A program made the position numbers and the translations under genes. From Octopus vulgaris (lineage: Eukaryota): 64,000 bases of DNA. Positions 13,090 through 25,609 of this stretch are shown piece after piece (the first letter of the stretch is position 1; the number at the start of each line of letters is the position of its first letter). The notes under the pieces were generated by a model that saw only the letters and a list, made by a program, of their open reading frames with translations, had not been told where the DNA came from and made no database searches. The stretch lies in contig OX597829.1 in the NCBI GenBank assembly GCA_951406725.2, positions 49,910,001-49,974,000 on the forward strand. The letters are read 5' to 3'.

Positions 13090-13296
13090 GCCAGTAATTT
13101 TAAGGTGAGGGGAAAGTCAATTATACTGACCCCGCCAGTGCTTGATCAGTGCTTTATTTTATAGACCCCAAAACAGATGAAAGACAAAGTTGACCTTGCC
13201 AGAATTTGAACTCAGAACATAAAGACAAATTAAATGCTGCTGAGCATTTTGCCTAGCATGCTAACAATTCTGACAGCTTGCTGCCATTGCCACCTT
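13090..13296 (-). mobile_element. SINE family B
   Basis: Reverse complement of the 5200 element (gatgaaagacaaagttgacc...gaatttgaactcagaac). Confidence 0.8.
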
Positions 13297-13303
13297 AATA
13301 ATG

Positions 13304-13379
<76 letters not shown>

Positions 13380-13416
13380 CGATGATGACGATGATGATGA
13401 CGACGATGACGATGAT

Positions 13417-13450
<34 letters not shown>

Positions 13451-13597
13451 ATGATGGCGATGATGGCGATGATGGCGATGATGGCGATGATGGCGATGAT
13501 CGTGATGATCGTGATGATGGTGATAATGATGATGATGATGGCGACGACGACGATGACGACGACGATAATGATAATAATAACAATAATGATGACGATG

Positions 13598-13632
<35 letters not shown>

Positions 13633-13635
13633 GAT
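13296..13635. repeat. Compound trinucleotide microsatellite (AAT)n-(GAT/GAC/GGC)n-(AAT)n
   Basis: Directly visible; gives the poly-N/D and poly-S pseudo-ORFs. Confidence 0.97.
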
Positions 13636-14080
13636 GTTGGTTTCAGATTTTGCACAAGGCCAGCAGTTTTAGGGGAGAGATTAAGTTGATTATACTGACC
13701 TCAGTGTCTAACTGGTACTTATTTTATCGACCCCAAAAGGAATGAAAGGCAAAGTTGACCTTAGCAGAATCTGAACTCAGAATGTAAAGATGGACTAAAT
13801 GCTACTAAGTATTTTACTCGGCATTCTTGTGACTCTGCCATCTTGCCACCTTTGTTTCAAATTTTGGCACAACACTAGAAATTTCAGAACCTCCTTTCAG
13901 AGAGGGAGTAAGTCAAGTACATTGACCCCAGTACTCAACTGGTACTTGTTTTATTGACCATGAAAGGATAAAAATCAAATTCAACTTCAGTGGGATTTGA
14001 ACTCAGGACATAAAGAGTTGGAAGAAATGCTGCCAAAAATTTTGCTCAAAGTATTAATGATTCTACTAGCTGACCACCTT
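13636..14080 (-). mobile_element. Two consecutive SINE family B copies
   Basis: The core actggtactt...ttttatYgacc...gaaagg occurs at about 13711 and 13938, each followed by the reversed B box. Confidence 0.8.
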
Positions 14081-14449
14081 TTATAGCTCAGAGCATTAAA
14101 ACACTAGATTGGCATAAAATCATTTACAGACATGTTTCAATCTCTGACCCTTCAGTATGTTCCCTTACTTCAAAGATCTGTGAGATAGGTGAGGAAAAGG
14201 GAGAGACCTGGTTTCTATAAATCTGTTATTTATGTACATACATCAATGTATGTATGTGTATATATATATGTATGTATACTTGACATAAGTTTCATAAACT
14301 ACAAAATATAAATATTCACACTACCACACCTGAAACGTACCTGTTATAACTCTTTACCTTGTTTTGAATGTTTGTGAAGGTATATAGATTGCCCGAAGTT
14401 ATTTCTGCAAATGTGCTAAAGCACTGATACCAATCATAGTTTAATCAAT

Positions 14450-14802
14450 AAGCGTTGACTGCTGGGACCCCCCCTTCGGTCATGACTGACTATGGGATTG
14501 CCCCTAGAAAGTTACCCTCCAAGGCACAAGTCTGGGAAAGGTTGTTTATGGAAGGCCAGCAGTCGCCCATGCATACCAGCTTCCTCTCGCCACACCACCA
14601 GTGTTATCCAAGGGAAATGCAAAGACCCACACAGCTTGGCACCAGCGATGTTGTAACTCATTTCTACAGCTGAATGAATGGGAGCAATGTGAAATAAAGT
14701 GTCTTGCTCAAGAACACAACATGCAGCCCAGTCTGGGATTTGAACTTACAACCTCACGATTGTAAGTTCGACGCTCTAACCATTGAGCCATGTGCCTTCA
14801 CA
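14450..14802 (-). mobile_element. tRNA-derived SINE family D (CORE-like)
   Basis: Minus strand: gtgaaggcacatggctcaatggttagagcg...gtaagttcaaatccc...ttcttgagcaagacactttatttcac. Confidence 0.85.
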
Positions 14803-14819
14803 ATAAGCGTAGGAGCAAG

Positions 14820-15165
14820 GTAAATGCAGTAAAAATAGGAGGGGGTCAGTGGGGGCCCCATTTAAGCGGCCCTTCAGAAATCGAACCTCCTTACGATACT
14901 CCCTGGGAGTTCATGGTATGAAATTCATTGTCATTGCTCGGATTCGGCCGCCAATGCCATGTATTTAGCTTAAAATGCAGTAAAAATAGTGAGGTCAGTG
15001 GGGCCCCAACTAGGCGGCCCTTAAAAAAATAGACCCCCTTAGGACATTCCCTGGGATTAGGGGAGTTGCTGGTTTGAGTTTCATTGTCCTTGCACCAATG
15101 GTCTAGGAGGAGTTAACAAACATAAAAACATAATGGACAGAGAAACATCAATTGAATTTATAAAA
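14820..15165. repeat. Two ~152-bp GC-richer direct units, possibly a Helentron/DINE-like element end
   Basis: aaatgcagtaaaaatag...ggtcagtggg(g)gcccc...gcggccctt at about 14822 and 14973. Confidence 0.55.
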
Positions 15166-15184
15166 TTGTGAGGTTGGAGTGTAG

Positions 15185-15350
15185 ATGAGGGTGCAAATGG
15201 CCTACTGGTGTTGCATTCACAATGAATTCCTGGACCAGATGGTGCATTGTGTTCTTGAGCAAAACACTTCATCTCACGTTGCTCTGTGATCACTTCGACA
15301 CCTGATGCATGGCACACCTGTGCGCACCTGTTCAGGCAACTTCGGTTTCA
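15185..15350 (+). mobile_element. SINE family D fragment
   Basis: gcattgtgttcttgagcaaaacacttcatctcacgttgctc matches family D. Confidence 0.7.
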
Positions 15351-15460
15351 TGGAGAAAATGAGCAAATGTCCATTACAAACATTTGTTCTCTATGCACAA
15401 AGCATTTGTGTGGGTTGTTCAACAAGAAATTTCAGGACTGTCTTTCTCTTTCTTGAAGAC

Positions 15461-15543
<83 letters not shown>

Positions 15544-15552
15544 TATATATAG

Positions 15553-15715
15553 ACGCAGACATGGTAGTGTGGTAAGCTAGCTTGCTTCCCAACCACATGG
15601 TTCCGAGTTCAGTCCCACTACATAGTTTCTTGGGCAAGTGTCTTCTACTATAGCCTCGGGCCAACCAAAAGCCTTGTGAGTGGATTTGGTAGGTGGAAAC
15701 TGAAAGAAACCCGTC

Positions 15716-15751
<36 letters not shown>

Positions 15752-16763
15752 ACGCGTGCATGTGTGTGTGTGTGTATGTATCAGGTCATCCCATAAGTTC
15801 CCGTTATATATATATATATAGGTGCAGGCATGGTAGTACAAATTTAATCATCAATGTACTTTCCCTGATTATCTATGACTTCCTTCCATCTATTTACAAG
15901 CTTCACTATATATATATATATGATTAAATTTCAATTAAATATAACATTTGATCACTTGCTTTCTTTATTCAAAATTCGGACAGAAGTTATAGGAGGACCT
16001 GATACATACATACACATACACACACACATGCGCACGCATGAACACACACACACATATACGACGGGCTTCTTTTAGTTTCCACCTACCAAATCCACTCACA
16101 AGGCTTCAGTTGGCCCGAGGCTGTAGTAGAAGACACTTGCCCAAGGTACTATGCACTGGGACTGAACCCGGAACCATGTGGTTGGGAAGCAAGCTCCTTA
16201 CCACACTATATATTACTCTTTTCTCTTTTACTCTTTTATTTGTGTCAGTCATTTGACTGTGGCCATGCTGGAGCACCGCCTTTAGTCGAGCAAAACGACC
16301 CCGTGACTTATTTTTTGTAAGCCCACCAGCATCGGTTGTCAAGCAATGCTAGGGAGACAAACACAAACACACACACACACACACTTATATATATATATAT
16401 ATATATACATATATACGACAGGCTTCTTTCAGTATTCCGTCTACCTAATCCACTCACAAGGCATTGGTCGGCCCGGGGCTATAGCAGAAGACACTTGCCC
16501 AAGATGCCACGCAGTGGGACTGAACCCAGAACCATGTGGTTGGTAGGCAAGCTACTTACCACACAGCCACTCCTGCGCCTATATATGTATATATATATAT
16601 ATTTTATCTTTGACATTTTCCAGGTTTTGGACTTAAGTCATGCAGGAGAGATCTTCAAAACTTATTTTTAAGTTTAGTCGTTATTCTATCAGATTCTTTT
16701 TACAGATATGTAAATAAACCAATATCAGCTGGTCAGGACAACTACAATACAGCATCAAGACAA

Positions 16764-16851
<88 letters not shown>

Positions 16852-16912
16852 ACACACATACACACACACATACACACACACATACACACACACACATACA
16901 CACACACACACA

Positions 16913-16944
<32 letters not shown>

Positions 16945-17440
16945 TACACACACATACACACACACATACACACACATACACACAAACACACACACACACA
17001 CACACGCAAACACATACATATACACACAGACACATAGACATGCATGTTCTTTTATTCTTTTACTTGCTTAAGTCATTTGAATGCGGCCATGTTAGAGCAC
17101 CACCTTTTTAGACAAACAAGTCAACCCCAGGACTTATTCTTTGTAAGCCTAGCACTTATTCTATCAGTCTCTTTTAGCAAATCACTAAATTATGGGGATG
17201 TGAACACACTAATATCAGTTGTCAAACGATGGACGTGGGGGACAAACGCAGACACACAAACACACACATACCTATATATATATATATAGCTTCTTTCAGT
17301 TTCCATCTACCAAATCTACTCACAAGGCTTTGGTTGGGCCAAGGCTATAGTAAAAAAACACTTGCCCAAGATGCCACACAATGGGATTGAACTTGGAACC
17401 ATGTGGTTGGTAAGCAAGCTACTTACTGCACAGCAAAACC
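15553..17440. mobile_element. Cluster of SINE A copies (15553-15720 +; 16058-16207 -; 16215-16582 -; 17045-17440 -) with (CA)n at 16760-17040
   Basis: Each matches the family A sequence ccttgggcaagtgtcttctactatagcc...gtgagtggatttggtag. Confidence 0.9.
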
Positions 17441-17837
17441 TATATACATATATATTATATATATATATTAATAATGAGAAATATTTCATAGATATTGTTA
17501 TATTTTTGTTAGTGCACTGCCATATATGTTTCGGCAAGACATGTATTTTGGGGGGGGGGACTATCTCACCACACCCATCAAATATTATTAAATATTATGC
17601 ACAGGAGTGGTTGTGTGGTAAGTAGCTTGCTTACAAACCATATGGTTCCAAGTTCAGTCCCACTGTGTGGTACCTTAGGCAAGTGTCTTCTACTATAACC
17701 TTGGGCTCACCAAAACCTTGTGAGTGGATATGGTAGACAGAAACTGAAAGAAGCTCATCATTTATATATATATATCATCATCATCATCATCATCGTTTAA
17801 CGTCCGCTTTCCATGCTAGCATGGGTTGGACGGTCCA

Positions 17838-19584
17838 TGGATGCAAAGAGAGAGGTTTGGAGATGCCACTATGAAAGGTTGCTGAATAAAGAAAATGAAT
17901 GGGATAAAGAGAGTCTGCCGAATGTTGACCCAACAGAGGGACCAGCTATCCGAGTTGATAGTTCCGTGGTAGCTAAGGAAATTAGAAGCATGAAGACAGG
18001 GAAAGCCCCAGGCCCATCAGGAATTACTGCAGAGATGCTCAAAATATCTGGCAGTGTCGGCTATAACCTAGTCACCCGTATAGTCAACCAGGTGATACAC
18101 GAAGGAGTCATACCCAATGACTGGTGTAGCAGCATACTAGTCAACTGCTACAAAGGTAAAGGTGATGCCCTAGATACAAATAATTACAGAAGTATCAAGC
18201 TGTTGGATCAGGTAATGAAGGTTACGGAGAGGGTCATAGCCCAACTAATTAGAGAGAGAGTTAGTTTAGATGAGATGCAGTTTGGGTTCGTGCCAGGGAA
18301 AAGCACCACTGATGCTATATTCCTGGTAAGGCAGCTGCAGGAGAAATACCTAGCCAAAGATAAGCCCCTGTACCTGGCTTTCGTTGACATGGAGAAAGCC
18401 TTTGATAGGGTCCCCCGATCCCTCATCTGGTGGTCAATGAGGAAACTAGGGATAGATGAATGGCTGGTGAGGGCTGTGCAAGCCATGTACAGAGATGCCG
18501 TAAGTAAGGTTAGGGTTGGCAACATGTACACAGAAGAATTCAAAGTAGAGGTTGGGGTCCACCAGGGTTCAGTACTCAGCCCCCTCCTATTTATCATAGT
18601 CCTCCAGGCAATTGTGGAGGAATTCAAGACAGGCTGCCCTTGGGAGCTCCTCTATGCTGACGACCTCGCTCTAATTGCTGAGTCACTATCAGAACTGGAG
18701 CAGAAGTTCCAGGTGTGGAAGGAGGGTTTAGAATCGAGGGGCCTTAGAGTCAACCTAGCTAAAACCAAAGTACTAATAAGTAGAAAGGTACACAATCCAC
18801 AAATATCCTCAGGAAGATGGCCCTGCTCGATCTGTAGAAAAGGTGTACCCAGTATAAGCTATGGACACATAAGAGGTGCAGCAATGTCAAAGGTAGGCTA
18901 ACTGGGAAGATAGTTTTTGTATGTGGCAGATGCTCGGGAGCATTGACCTCCGAAAATCTGCAGAAAACAACTTCCGTCACTTTCCGGGGGGAAAAACTAG
19001 AAGTAGTTGATAGCTTCCGCTATCTAGGTGACCAAGTCAGTAGTGGGGGTGGGTGCGCTGAAAGTGTAACTGCTAGAATAAGAATAGCCTGGGCAAAGTT
19101 TAGGGAGCTCTTACCTCTGCTGGTGACTAAAGGCCTCTCGCTCAGAGTAAAAGGCAGACTGTATGATGCATGTGTACGAACAGCTATGCTACATGGCAGT
19201 GAAACATGGGCCGTGACTGCTGAGGACATGCGTAAGCTCGTGAGGAATGAAGCCAGTATGCTCCGATGGATGTGTAATGTCAGCGTACATACTCGACAGA
19301 GCGTTAGTACCTTGAGAGAAATGTTGTACCTAAGAAGCATCAGTTGTGGTGTGCAAGAGAGACAATTGCGCTGGTATGGTCATGTGGCGAGAATGGATGA
19401 AGATAGGTGTGTGAGAAAGTGCCAATCCCTAGCAGTTGAGGGAACCCGTGGAAGAGGTAGACCCAGGAAAACCTGGGACGAGGTGGTGAAGCACGACCTT
19501 CGGACGTTAGGTCTCACCATGGAAATGACTAGAGACCGAGACCTATGGAAGTATGCTGTGCGTGAGAAGACCCGGCAAGACTAG
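17838..19584 (+). pseudogene. RTE reverse transcriptase with embedded PHD-like finger; one frameshift near 18848
   Basis: ORFs 17813-18901 and 18943-19584 join through WPCSICRKGV / TQYKLWTHKRCS...FVCGRC. No endonuclease domain (truncated). Confidence 0.93.
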
Positions 19585-19749
19585 TGAAGCCATATCCCGT
19601 GGCCCCTACCTGGGATGTAGTCAGTCCACCTGTGCATACCTTCCTTATTGTGACACTTGAGAAGACCTGTTGAGGCAAGTGAAAATCAAAATCAAAACCA
19701 AATCAAGGAATTTGTATCCTATTTGTATCCTTTTATGGTACCAGTGCCG

Positions 19750-20080
19750 GTGGCACATAAGAAAACCATCTGAACGTGACCGTAGCCAGTACCGCATCGA
19801 CTGGCCTCCGTGCTGAGGGCACGTAACAAACACCATCCGAGCGTGGGCATTCGCCAGCCTCGTCTGGCACCTGTGCCGGTGACACATAGGAAAACACCAT
19901 CCGAGTGTGGCCGTCTGCCAGCCTCGTCTGGCACCTGTGTCGGTGGCACATAAAAAACACCATCCGAGCGTGGCCGTCTGCCAGCCTCGTCTGGCACCTG
20001 TGTCGGTGGCACATAAAAAACACCATCCGAGCGTGGCCGTCTGCCAGCCTCGTCTGGCATCTGTGTCGGTGGCACATAAA
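19750..20080 (+). repeat. ~63-bp tandem units (~5) in the RTE 3' UTR
   Basis: caccatccgag at 19831, 19895, 19958 and 20021. Confidence 0.93.
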
Positions 20081-20537
20081 ATCATCCACTACACTCTTGA
20101 AGTGGTTGGCGTTATGAAGGGCATCCAGCTGTAGAAACACTGCCAGATCTGACTGGCCTGGTGCAGCCTTCGGGCTTGCCAGACCCCAGTTGAACCGTCC
20201 AACCCATGCTAGCATGGAAAGCGGATGTTAAACGATGATGATGATGATGATGATGATATATGTATGTGTGTGTTTTTGTGATTCTGTGTTTGTTCCCCCA
20301 CCACCATCACTTGACAACCGATGTTGGTGTGTTTATGTGCTTGTAACTTAGCATTTCAGCAAAAGAGATCAATAGAATAAGCACTAGGCTTACAAAGAAT
20401 AAATCCTAGGATTTATTTGTTCGACTAAAGGTAGTACTCCAGCATGGCCACAGTCAAATGACTGAAACAAGTAAATGTATAGAAGAAGAAGAATATCCAT
20501 AGACCCTAGAGGAGTTCCATTAATTCAATATACTTAC

Positions 20538-20660
20538 TTCCTCTGGCAATTTTGCATTAATGTTCTTAGGATTGTCTCTTGTCGTTTAGACTCCAGGATA
20601 TTAATCATTCTGCACCAATCAAAAAGTTCTTCTGGATAAATGGGCGGGGTTTGTAAATTC
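20538..20660 (-). other. Candidate 123-bp coding exon (phase 2-2)
   Basis: tttgcAG acceptor and AA|GTAAGT donor; one fully open frame NLQTPPIYPEELFDWCRMINILESKRQETILRTLMQNCQR. Product not recognised. Confidence 0.45.
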
Positions 20661-21483
20661 CTGCAAATTACCAAACAGATAGATGTATTGATAAAAGGCA
20701 AGGAATTTCAGAAAGGATTGTTTTTGTTTGTTGTTTACATATAAACGCAGGTGGACAGAGATGGAGAGAGGAAAGAAAAGTACAGGAAGGGGATAAAAAT
20801 CTCAAAATGTATTCAGTTATGTGTGCGCAGAGAGGAAGGCAAGAAGAAGGCAATAAAGAAACCCCTAAAAAAAAACCCAATAAAACTGAGGAACACAGGG
20901 AAGAGAGAAAGAGAAAAAGAGAAAATATAGAGTGATTTAATAATGAACCACATTTAGTTGACAGGGGATTTGAACTCCACATCAAAGCTGTGTTTCACTA
21001 ATGAATAGACAAATGCCATAAATGAAACGAGGGGTGGGGGGAGTAAAAGTTTGTTTTGATGATTATCAGTTATGGGGTTAATAAATTGGCACCGTCCGAA
21101 TTACTCTATTCAATGGGTTTGGTATTAGTAGATGTTTTATATATATATATTGCAGGTTTCCCTTTCTTCGTGTTCTGGTTTTCCTTATATATCATGCTGT
21201 AGTCAACATAGATAGATGGTCCCTCTGTAAGGTCAGCATAAGGTAGCCTTCCTTAGATGTAGATGTGTATGTGTGTGTGTGTGCATATGTGCATGCATCT
21301 TTGTATGCATGCAAGTGCATGCCAATATTTATATGTTCCATGCTTATTACTGTTTCCACAAAGCAGTGCTGATGTTGATGTTCATTGTTGACATTATGAA
21401 CCAGTTTCTCTGTATTTTCAAAGATATGAGGAACAAAGAAACCCTTTACTTGAGGAACAGGTAAAGGTTAGCAGCAGAAAGAG

Positions 21484-21855
21484 CATCATCATCATCGTTT
21501 AGCATCCGCTTTCCATGCTGGCATGGGTTGGACGGTTCAACTGGGGTCTGGGAAGCCAGAAGGCTGCACCAGGCCCAGTCTGATCTGGCAATGTTTCTAC
21601 AGCTGGATGCCCTTCCTAACGCCAACCACTCCATGAGTGTAGTGGGTGCTTTTTACGTGCCACCGGCACAGGTGCCAGATGAGGCTGGCAAACGGCCATG
21701 ATTGGATGGTGCTTTCTACGTGCCACCGGCACAGAAGCCAGTTGGTGCGGCACTGGCAACGGCCACGTTCAGATGGTTCTCTTATGTGCCACTGGCACTG
21801 GTATTGCAGCTACAATTTCCATTGATGTTGATCGATTTTGATTTTCATTTTGATA
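21484..21855 (-). mobile_element. RTE 3'-UTR/tail fragment
   Basis: Reverse complement of about 19690-20250 (catcatcgtttagcatccgctttccatgc...). Confidence 0.9.
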
Positions 21856-21984
21856 TGATTTTCAGGGCCATAAAAATCTTGCCTTGAATAATTCTTCCCC
21901 CAAAGCCAAACTAGCATGAAAAGTGTATGATGAATGAACAAATGATATAATTCTTAGAGCTGGGTGCAGGAACAATAAGCGCTA

Positions 21985-22800
21985 GGTACTTAGATTCTCT
22001 CAAATGCTCGGGAGGCTCTCATGAGGTTGTAGGTAATTTCTTGTTTCTTTATTGCCCACAAGGGGCTAAACATAGAGGGAACAAACAAGGACAGACAAAG
22101 GGATTAAGTTGATAACATCGACTCCAGTGCGTAACTGGTACTTAATTTATTGATCCTGAAAGGATGAAAGGCAAAGTCGACCTCAGCAGAATTTGAACTC
22201 AGAACATAGTGATGAGTGAAATACTGCTAAGCATTTCGCCCAACATGCTAACGAATCTGCCAGCTTGCCACCTTATTGTAGGCAATTTCTGTTACCTAAA
22301 TGACCGAACTAGCAATGGTGGAGGATGCTCTGAAAGTATTGTTTCTAGAATAAGAATAGAGTGGAGGAAGTTCAGAGAGCTACTACTTCTGTTGGTAACA
22401 AAAGAACTCTCACAGAGCAATGGTTGCATATGAACGACTATACTCTATGGTAGTGAGATATGGGCTCTGGATGCAAAAGATATATGTAGACTGGAGAGAA
22501 ATGAAAGCAGTATTCTTCAGTGGATGTGCAACATCAGTGTGCATGTATGACAAGAGGAATCAAATGTAGCATGCAAGAAAGAAGACTATGTTGGTTTAGA
22601 CATGTGATGCGTATGAATGAGGACAGCTGCATAAGGAAGTACTGATCACTGAAAGTAGATGGTACCCATAAAAGAGGGAGACCCAGGAAGATGTGAAATG
22701 AAGTGGTGAGGATTGATCTCAGGATGCTGGGCCTCATGGAGGAAATGACAATGGACTGAGAGGTCTGGCGATATGAAGTTCTTGAGAAGACCTGCTTATG
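21985..22800 (+). mobile_element. Older RTE C-terminal relic interrupted by SINE B (about 22041-22276, minus strand)
   Basis: GGGCSESIVSRIRIEWRKFRELL is homologous to the 18943 ORF; SINE flanked by tgtaggtaatttc / tgtaggcaatttc. Confidence 0.85.
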
Positions 22801-23149
22801 TCAATGAAACTGAGCTGTAAAAGTGTTGTGTGTTCTACAAGCACTTCTGCACCACCCACATATAACAAGAAAACTTTTCACACACCCTAACTTAACAAAC
22901 AACACTCACCCTACCCTGACAAACTACACGCACCCTACTTCAACAAACCACACACCTTACCCCCAACTATATCTCTTCTCCTGCTCATATTTCTTTCCTG
23001 CCCTATCCTTACCTCTCATTTCCCAATCCCATCCTCATGGCCCTGTTCCAGCAGCCCCTACTTCTAAATACTCAAATTTTCACCACTCACTGCATTCAAA
23101 TCTCACGTTTCTCCACATTTCCTGATGAAGGGCGCCTAACCTCAAAATA

Positions 23150-23512
23150 TTAACCCGTTAACATTTGGATTACTCTATCAAATGTAATATTTACATTATT
23201 TTGAATTACTCATGCATGGTTCTATATTTAAGAGATGAGGAATTATGTACATTATTTACATTGTTTACATTTGACGGATATTTGTCCTCATCTTGTTTGC
23301 TGTTAACAACAAACAAAATGAGGACAAATATCCATCAATTGTAAATAATGTACTCACACATGGTCTTGTAGCTTTATGATTTCAATGATGTGACTCTTTA
23401 CTTTAGAAATGATATTGTAGGGTAAGTGTAAGAGGCCAGATCTGGCTGATTTGGACATGAATCAAGAAGTGTTTTGGGGCTGGATATGGTCAGTTTAAAT
23501 GCTAAATAATTG
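23150..23512. mobile_element. Degenerate piggyBac-like MITE containing a fold-back insert (23230-23353)
   Basis: Ends ttaacccgttaacattt ... aaatgctaaataattgaa; inner inverted repeat centred on gttaac at about 23304. Confidence 0.45.
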
Positions 23513-23909
23513 AAGAAATACAGGTCAAAACTTTAAAAGTTATTCTGTCTTCACTTTTGCATTGTTTCAGCTTTTTTCTCTAATCTGATATCACACAATA
23601 CTTCACCTAAACTATTCCATTCTTAATATATTGTTTTGCTTCATCCACAACTATCTAAATATTTGAATAATTTTGGATGTCTGAAATGAGTTCATGTTTG
23701 GTTGGAATCATTCATTCATTCATTTTCTGCTTTTTTAGTTGAAAAGTTGAAACTGGAACTTTGCAGATTCTTTAATCCAGGGTGAAGGTAATTTTGTGTA
23801 TTAACTCCATTATTGTTCGCAGGTGTTTGGTTTGTGTCTTTTGTTTATAGAAGAATGTTGTCAGGTGCGTGATGACGTCTTCAGATTTTGTCCATTGAGG
23901 TCATGGTAT

Positions 23910-24026
23910 ACCCTACCTACCTACCTACTTACCTACTAATATACATACATGCATACATACATACATATGCATACATGCACACACACACATATGTACTTTA
24001 GTTGCATACACATACATATACATATA

Positions 24027-24108
<82 letters not shown>

Positions 24109-24514
24109 CATACATGCATACATATATATACGATAATTGACTCATCATGTTAGCTGATAGCCATTTCACATACATATATACAAATACGCATACATATATT
24201 TGTATACATACTTATATACATAGATAGAAATATATATGTACATACAAATACAAACAGATATCTACCTACACACCTATACACATATACACACAAACATACA
24301 TATGTATGTACATACATACATATGTACGTACATACATACATACATACATACATACATACATACATACATACATACACGCATACATACAAATACAGAAAAT
24401 CCTACAGACTTACATACACAAATATATACAAACAAACAAATGCAAACACAAGTGTATATAAATACATACACACATACATACTTATGTACATACATTCATA
24501 CATACAATCACATG

Positions 24515-24566
<52 letters not shown>

Positions 24567-24710
24567 GAAATGCAAACACTCGTATTTACAGCAATAAATG
24601 AATACATACTTACATACACACACACATGCTTTCATACACACACATACATTCATGTATACATACTTATATGCAAATGGTACATACGCACACAAACACACGC
24701 ACATTCATGC
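23910..24710. repeat. Compound microsatellite field: (CCTA)n, (TA)n, (CATA)n, (CA)n
   Basis: Directly visible. Confidence 0.95.
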
Positions 24711-25609
24711 AAGAATTATAAACTATCTCAGCACTATACACCCATTGTTAAAAAAATCTATTATCATTTGAGACAGAAAAAAAAACATCATAGAAACATC
24801 TGGAAGAATTTTTTTCCAAGAATTGCAATCAATTAAAACTCACCTTTATGCTTTCTTTGCATTTTAGTGGACATGTAGGTACAAATTTACTTACACATAT
24901 GTACTAGTATATACATACACAAACACACACACACACAGATAAGAATACGCTTTCAGAGATAGATTTGTGTGTGTGCGAGAGAGAAAGGGAGAGAAAGAAA
25001 AAATAGAGAAGGAGAAAGAGAGAGAGAGAGAAAGAAAGAGAAAGGGATAGTGTGTATGTGTGTGTGTGTTTGTGTGTCTTATTAAATTAAAAATTTTTAA
25101 TTTAAATAATTTAAATTTTAAATTTGATATTTTATATATTTTGTATATTATATTAATTATGTTTGTTTTTATGTTTTGGTTTATGCTTTTCATTGTTTGA
25201 TTTGCCTAATAGTGGTTTTATCTGTAATTTAATCTATATATATACTACAAAATTAGAAAATGGAGAAACATACTTAAATCAATAAAACATCAACTATCAG
25301 ATGATACCCAATCAATACTTTATTACACCATTACATATCAGTAAAGGCATTATACAAAATATAAAGTAAATATAAATAGACAAGGAAATAGAAATATAAA
25401 ATATAAAATATAATATGTAATTATATCATATCTGACATATATATATATATATATATACATAGTTCATAGATGAGAATCAGATATTCTTCATATAGAATAC
25501 ACTTAGCAGTGCTCAAGAGAAACTTAAGCAGGTAGAGGAGAATATGTAATATGAGAAATTTATACAAACAATTATGAGAAATGTATACACACACAAAAGG
25601 TTCAACATA

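Larger units (their letters stand above)
17835..20257 (+). mobile_element. 5'-truncated RTE-clade LINE with 3' UTR and (GAT)n tail
   Basis: RT motifs KAPGPSG, QFGFVPG, FVDMEKAFD, GVHQGSVLSPLLF, LYADD; RTE C-terminus LRWYGHVARM...RGRGRPRKTW; short tandem tail. Confidence 0.97.
17600..20480 (+). mobile_element. SINE A split by an RTE insertion (head 17600-17760, tail 20260-20480)
   Basis: The head ends in (TA)n at about 17774; the tail resumes after (GAT)n at 20257. Confidence 0.85.

Noticed and set aside
13230-13689. Acidic or Ser-rich protein ORFs
   Set aside because: Trinucleotide microsatellite flanked by SINE sequence.
17813-17837. N-terminus MLAWVGRS of the RT ORF
   Set aside because: Comes from the inverted 3' tail, not a real start; the element is 5'-truncated.
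19645-20215. Repetitive ORFs on both strands
   Set aside because: Read-through of the 63-bp UTR units, whose length is a multiple of 3.
21424-21460. Possible plus-strand micro-exon (YEEQRNPLLEEQ); similar AG/GT pairs at about 21156 and 23823
   Set aside because: Too short, no recognisable product, and such pairs arise by chance.
25080-25600. Extremely AT-rich stretch suggesting organellar DNA
   Set aside because: No recognisable mitochondrial gene, rRNA or tRNA motif.
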